A stretch of 59,955 nucleotides of DNA, from NCBI GenBank assembly GCA_015661185.1, contig JACVXU010000013.1:1-59955 (forward strand), read 5' to 3'. Position 1 is the stretch's first letter. Each line of letters starts with the position of its first letter. The translations under genes were made by a program, and so were the position numbers. Positions 56,801-59,955 of the stretch are shown piece by piece. The notes under the pieces were generated by a model. The model saw only the letters and a program-made list of their open reading frames with translations, had not been told where the DNA came from and ran no database searches. This stretch comes from Bacteroidota bacterium. GTDB taxonomy: Bacteria > Bacteroidota > Ignavibacteria > UBA10030.

Positions 56801-58302
56801 GTCGTGAAAATAATCTCACCGGATGACTCGACAGCTTTTCGGAGTCTAAGCAGCTCCTCCTCGGCTCGCTTGCGATCTTCTAGTCCTCGGGCAACAACGA
56901 GCGTGGCTGGCTTACCTGCATACGTAATGGGGACCGAGGCGACTTCTACATCGACGCTAGAGCCATCAAACCGCACAAATTTCTCCTCGACAAACGGTTG
57001 CCTGACAGGCTCCTTCACTTGTGCCAACGTACGGGTTTTGACCAGTTCCTTGTAGTCCGGGTGAACAATATCGAGGATCGGCGTGCCGACCAGGTCGTTC
57101 ATTTCCCGCGCCCCGATCAACTGGATACCCGCCTTGTTGACGAAGACGAACCGCCCCTCGGCGTGTACCGCGATTGCATCTGGAGAGAGGTCGACGAGAC
57201 GCTTGTAGCGCTCCTCACTCTCGTGCAGCGCTTCCTCCTTATGTCTTCGATTTTCCTCCACACCGATTGCTGCCGCGATAATGTTCATCAATTGTTCATC
57301 ATCTGCCCCGGGCACGAAGTCGTGCTGGAAAACCGCGCACAGCGATCCAATATTTTCCTTTCCGAACCGAACACCTTTTCCGACATACGTCCTCAAATCG
57401 TACTTCCTCACATTCGGATCGCTCTTGAAGTACACGGTTTCAGGCAAGTTCCTGACGACCCTCAACTCACTCCGACCTCCACTGATCACATCATAACAAA
57501 TATGTCCTTCGGGATCGCCTTCAGATTCATAGTCCTCCGGAGTGTTCCAACGACCGATTGAGCACAACAGACCTCCATGCACCCTATTGTATAAGGCGCT
57601 TGTGGCTCCCAACAATTCCCCGCAGACTCCAACTAGTGAGTTGATATTCTGCACAGGATCCGGTCCGAACCTCAGAAAGCAATCATTGAGTCTCTTCAGC
57701 CGATCCTCCCCCATTTTCCGCTCCGTGATGTCACGGACAATAGCCTGAAAATACTTTTTGCCGTCTATCTGAATGAGACGGGAACTCGTCTCAACCGGAA
57801 AAGTCCTACCATCCTTACGCCGATGGAGCGTCTCAAACACCATCCCCCCCCTCTCTGTGACCTGTTCCATCTGGCCCACTATATCGCCAATTGTCTCAGG
57901 CGCCCGTATCGAGCGAAGGTTTTTTCCCTCCAATTCCTCCCGCGAATAACCATACGCCGCAGCAGCGCGGTCATTGACGTCCACGATTGTTCCGTCCTCT
58001 TTGATCAGCAGAATGATGTCGTTCATGCTTCGCGTGAGGTCATCGTACTGCCGCATGAGGGACCCAGTTTGCGAATGCTGCTCAAGGAGACCGTCAGCGG
58101 CCTTGATGACCGTCCGGCTCCATTCCCGCGTGAGACCGCCCCCCAGCGCCGCGAGCAACACGAGCGTTGGGAGCACGACGAACCAACTGCTCGATACGAG
58201 CGGCGCACACAGTATTCCAGTCGTGACTACAATTGCTGCGAGCACCACGTATACATAGATTCGTTGCGTCGGTATGATAACTCCCTGTACCTGACCGCTC
58301 AT
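53845..58302 (-). CDS. Hybrid sensor histidine kinase: 2 TM, 7 PAS, GAF, HisKA, HATPase, receiver
   Basis: Seven PAS/PAC units mostly ending D[IV]TE/KRx; AHDFNNIL; NLCVNARDAM; FEPFFTTK..GKGTGLGL; VVEDE...SDFGLP...KP. Confidence 0.93.
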   Translation of the reverse strand: MSGQVQGVIIPTQRIYVYVVLAAIVVTTGILCAPLVSSSWFVVLPTLVLLAALGGGLTREWSRTVIKAADGLLEQHSQTGSLMRQYDDLTRSMNDIILLIKEDGTIVDVNDRAAAAYGYSREELEGKNLRSIRAPETIGDIVGQMEQVTERGGMVFETLHRRKDGRTFPVETSSRLIQIDGKKYFQAIVRDITERKMGEDRLKRLNDCFLRFGPDPVQNINSLVGVCGELLGATSALYNRVHGGLLCSIGRWNTPEDYESEGDPEGHICYDVISGGRSELRVVRNLPETVYFKSDPNVRKYDLRTYVGKGVRFGKENIGSLCAVFQHDFVPGADDEQLMNIIAAAIGVEENRRHKEEALHESEERYKRLVDLSPDAIAVHAEGRFVFVNKAGIQLIGAREMNDLVGTPILDIVHPDYKELVKTRTLAQVKEPVRQPFVEEKFVRFDGSSVDVEVASVPITYAGKPATLVVARGLEDRKRAEEELLRLRKAVESSGEIIFTTDAEGIITYLNPEFTKIYGHTPEETVGKVTPRILKSGMLDESSYKFFWSELLQKRVFRGELENRTKDGRLITVEGSASPILGDKGNILGYLAVQRDVTERKRVEDALRKSEASYRGLFNSVDDAIYIQDKDGKFLDVNQGAVDMYGYERDYFIGKTPEALAAPGMNDLQQTLESVRKTYAGEPQQFEWWGRRKNGEIFPKEVRLNRSVYFGQEVVVALGMDITKRKRSEEAVRRSEMRFRRVWESSMDGMRILDESGSIVMVNEAFCRLMGKPEAELIGQPFTMAYEPVSAAEDEEDLNVYQHRFATRSFARHQEVELPLHGGKRILVEMSNSLLEISNEPLLLLSIFRDVTERREAEQRLRESEEKFRSLSEQSPNMIYINKGGKVVYVNQRCVELMGFSKDEFYAPDFSFLSLIAPDYIPLVMDNFAKHQAGKEIPAYEYVLYTKDRKRIVGLHSTRLTIYEGGTAILGIVTDVTEHRHAEEELRKLHRAVEQSPASIVITDIGGTIEYVNPKFSQITGYTLEEAKGQNPRILKSGDTPAEEYSKLWETILSGKEWKGEFHNKKKNGEQFWELASISPVRDASGAITHFLAVKEDVTERKMLEQQLWQARKMESLGTLASGIAHDFNNILGIILGYASMLGQKSVGTEKVGVYIDAIVNAAERGAGLVRQILTFARKSEFKLEKVDVNSIIGELTTMLGETFPKTITLSLQLEKALPPLSIDRTQLHQALLNLCVNARDAMADHGSISIATRLVEGKTLAPRFAAALNQSYVEISVSDTGDGIDESTKARIFEPFFTTKDVGKGTGLGLSVVFGVVEAHKGFVDVDSELGRGTTFRIYLPSREDNISPGEDRVAQSQNVRGGSETILVVEDEELMLEFVVTVLGQKGYRVLVAKDGEEAVKVYSDQMHSIHLVLSDFGLPKIDGWEACRRMKHINQNVKVILASGYLDPRMKAEILEGGIKGFIGKPYSTHEILKRIREALDS

Positions 58303-58521
58303 TTTTCGCCTCTCGATTGTGTGATACGATGTCAATTGGGGGGCAATCTCTATGCCATCCAGACTATAAGGGGATCGTGATCAGCATTGCCTCTTGTGGA
58401 AATTCGCTCGAAAATGAGGCTTTTCTCGTCGCTTTGAGCGAATAACTCAGGAACTCCCGATGCGCTTGCTTTTGCCGCCTGCGAGAACAACACCCGTGAT
58501 CTCATCTACCCCAACCATAGC

Positions 58522-59280
58522 TTACACCAACCACGGAAGAATCAGTTTGCCGCCAGCGACCACAAGAACGAGTCCGAGTGCCAGCTGAAGGAGCTTTGTA
58601 CTCAATCGCTGTGCGCCTAACCGGGAGCCGAGAAACCCCCCTAACACAACCACGGCAACAAGGATCCCGACGGGCAATTCAATACTGGTGCCACGTGCAA
58701 CATGGCCGATCAGTCCACTCACAGAATTCAGCACAATGAAAGCACTCGAAACGGCTGCTGTCCCTTTGATTTCAGCCCAACCGAGTAGGAGAATTACCGG
58801 ACTGAGAAACACGCCGCCGCCAATCCCCACAATCCCCGAAAGCAATCCGAGCACAAACCCGATGGGCGCTGCGAGCGCCCATCGTTGGATCCACCTCATC
58901 GAATCCGAACGCTGCGGAATTTCCCGGAAGAACAAGAGCCTTGCAGCAACAAGCAGAAGAGCCACACCCAGCACAAATTTTAGCGCCTCATCGCCCACAG
59001 TCATGCGTCCGCCGAGATATGCCGCGGGCATGGACGTCACGACAAACGGTAGGAGAAGCGAGAGGGATAAGTGACCGCCCCTCCAATAATTGAAAAAGCT
59101 GATCGCAGCAACAGCGATGTTGAGAACGAGAGCCGCAGGAATGATCGAAGGCGCAGCCATCCCGCTGAGTGCAAAGAGGGCGAGGTACCCCGACGCACCG
59201 CCATGTCCAATGGATGAATACAATGCGGCAACCAGGAAGAAAAGAGGGATGAGGATCCAGGGCATTTCCTGCGTGGGCAT
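58522..59280 (-). CDS. TauE/SafE family (sulfite exporter-like) membrane protein
   Basis: YSSIGHGGASGY, SGIVGIGGGVFLSP; about 8 TM. Confidence 0.9.
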   Translation of the reverse strand: MPTQEMPWILIPLFFLVAALYSSIGHGGASGYLALFALSGMAAPSIIPAALVLNIAVAAISFFNYWRGGHLSLSLLLPFVVTSMPAAYLGGRMTVGDEALKFVLGVALLLVAARLLFFREIPQRSDSMRWIQRWALAAPIGFVLGLLSGIVGIGGGVFLSPVILLLGWAEIKGTAAVSSAFIVLNSVSGLIGHVARGTSIELPVGILVAVVVLGGFLGSRLGAQRLSTKLLQLALGLVLVVAGGKLILPWLV

Positions 59281-59283
59281 CGA

Positions 59284-59754
59284 CTAGTCCGCTTCCTTTG
59301 CAGCCTTGGCAATCGGGACCAAGCCAACGAGATCGCCGATCCGCATTGTTCCCGGGCAAATGACACGAGCAAAAACGCCCTCCCGCGGCATCACACAATC
59401 GCCGGCACGAAAAAAGATTGCACACTTCGTATGGCATTCCTTGCCGATCTGGGTCACTTCGAGTTCGACGTTGCCGATGCGCAGATGATCACCGACCATA
59501 AGGTTCGGAACGTCAATACCCTCAGTCGTGATATTCTCGGCAAACGCGCCGGGACGGACGTTGAGCCCTTTTGCTCGCATTTTCTCAATGCTCTCCAACG
59601 CAAGCAGACTGATCTGACGATGCCAATTGCCCGCATGTGCATCCCCTTCAATGCCCCACTCCTCGCGAGCTACCGCGCATGACACGTTCGTCTTGGGAAT
59701 ACCCTTCTTCCTGCTGATTGAAATCGCAACGACAGAACCGTCCCTCTGTTTCAT
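59284..59754 (-). CDS. MOSC domain protein
   Basis: GIEGDAHAGNWHRQISLL, PGAFAENI, QIGKECH, CVMPREGVF; ATG overlaps the moeA stop. Confidence 0.92.
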   Translation of the reverse strand: MKQRDGSVVAISISRKKGIPKTNVSCAVAREEWGIEGDAHAGNWHRQISLLALESIEKMRAKGLNVRPGAFAENITTEGIDVPNLMVGDHLRIGNVELEVTQIGKECHTKCAIFFRAGDCVMPREGVFARVICPGTMRIGDLVGLVPIAKAAKEAD

Positions 59755-59955
59755 TGGACACTCCACTGTAGAAGTGAAACGGTAACATCGCTGCCGACAG
59801 GAAGCCTGTCAGCGGCGCTCGGGAAGTGAATGAGACAATTCGCGGCTGCCAGACCTCCCATCATATGTGAGTCTTGTCCCCTCGTGGGAGCCACCTGTAA
59901 TCGGCCGGCGGCGTCGTTGGTGAGAACGCCGCGCACAAATTCCATACGTCCCGGC
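59751..59955 (-). CDS. moeA: Molybdopterin molybdotransferase MoeA, 3' end (partial)
   Basis: GRMEFVRG...GQDSHMMGGLAAANCLI matches MoeA domain IV; frame open to the window edge. Confidence 0.8.
   Translation of the reverse strand, partial: PGRMEFVRGVLTNDAAGRLQVAPTRGQDSHMMGGLAAANCLIHFPSAADRLPVGSDVTVSLLQWSVQ

Noticed and set aside
58406..58443. ATTCGCTC/GAGCGAAT inverted repeat upstream of the kinase
   Set aside because: 8-bp arms with a long loop, no U-tail and no second copy; not distinguishable from chance.

Overview
Bacterial chromosomal window. The fused lpxC-fabZ, the uppS-bamA-skp-skp-lpxD-lpxC/fabZ-lpxA gene order and E. coli-type TTGACN-17-TANANT promoters suggest an Ignavibacteria/Chlorobi-related member of the Bacteroidota (inference). 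From left to right: a collapsed msrP-msrQ remnant; a GAF-PP2C phosphatase paired with an orphan HerA-like ATPase; a TetR-controlled YbhG/F/S/R-like ABC efflux operon with TolC; DUF3109-mutS-CPXCG; a stand-alone C39-like peptidase; and a GT2 glycosyltransferase. Next is a ~22 kb co-directional operon (38761 to 16622). It encodes five Gfo/Idh/MocA oxidoreductases (three with Tat signals), a TIM-barrel sugar isomerase/lyase, three DUF1080 domains, two large HEAT-repeat fusions (one broken by a perfect 23-bp tandem duplication), an MFS permease, a 7-CxxCH membrane-anchored cytochrome c, a cytochrome b-like protein, a discoidin lipoprotein, a TIGR03663 GT-C-like protein and ApbE. This operon is the best candidate for an undescribed system: periplasmic keto-glycoside oxidation that may be wired to a multiheme electron conduit. 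To its right are a group IIC intron 5' stub behind the pfk terminator, pfk, surE, a structured intergenic element, a lipoate ligase-like gene, the lipid A/Bam cluster (one skp frameshifted), clpC, an RluE-like gene, a candidate sRNA, a 7-PAS hybrid kinase, TauE, MOSC and the 3' end of moeA. No rRNA, tRNA or CRISPR array was seen. All family assignments come from motif recognition by eye; no searches were run.
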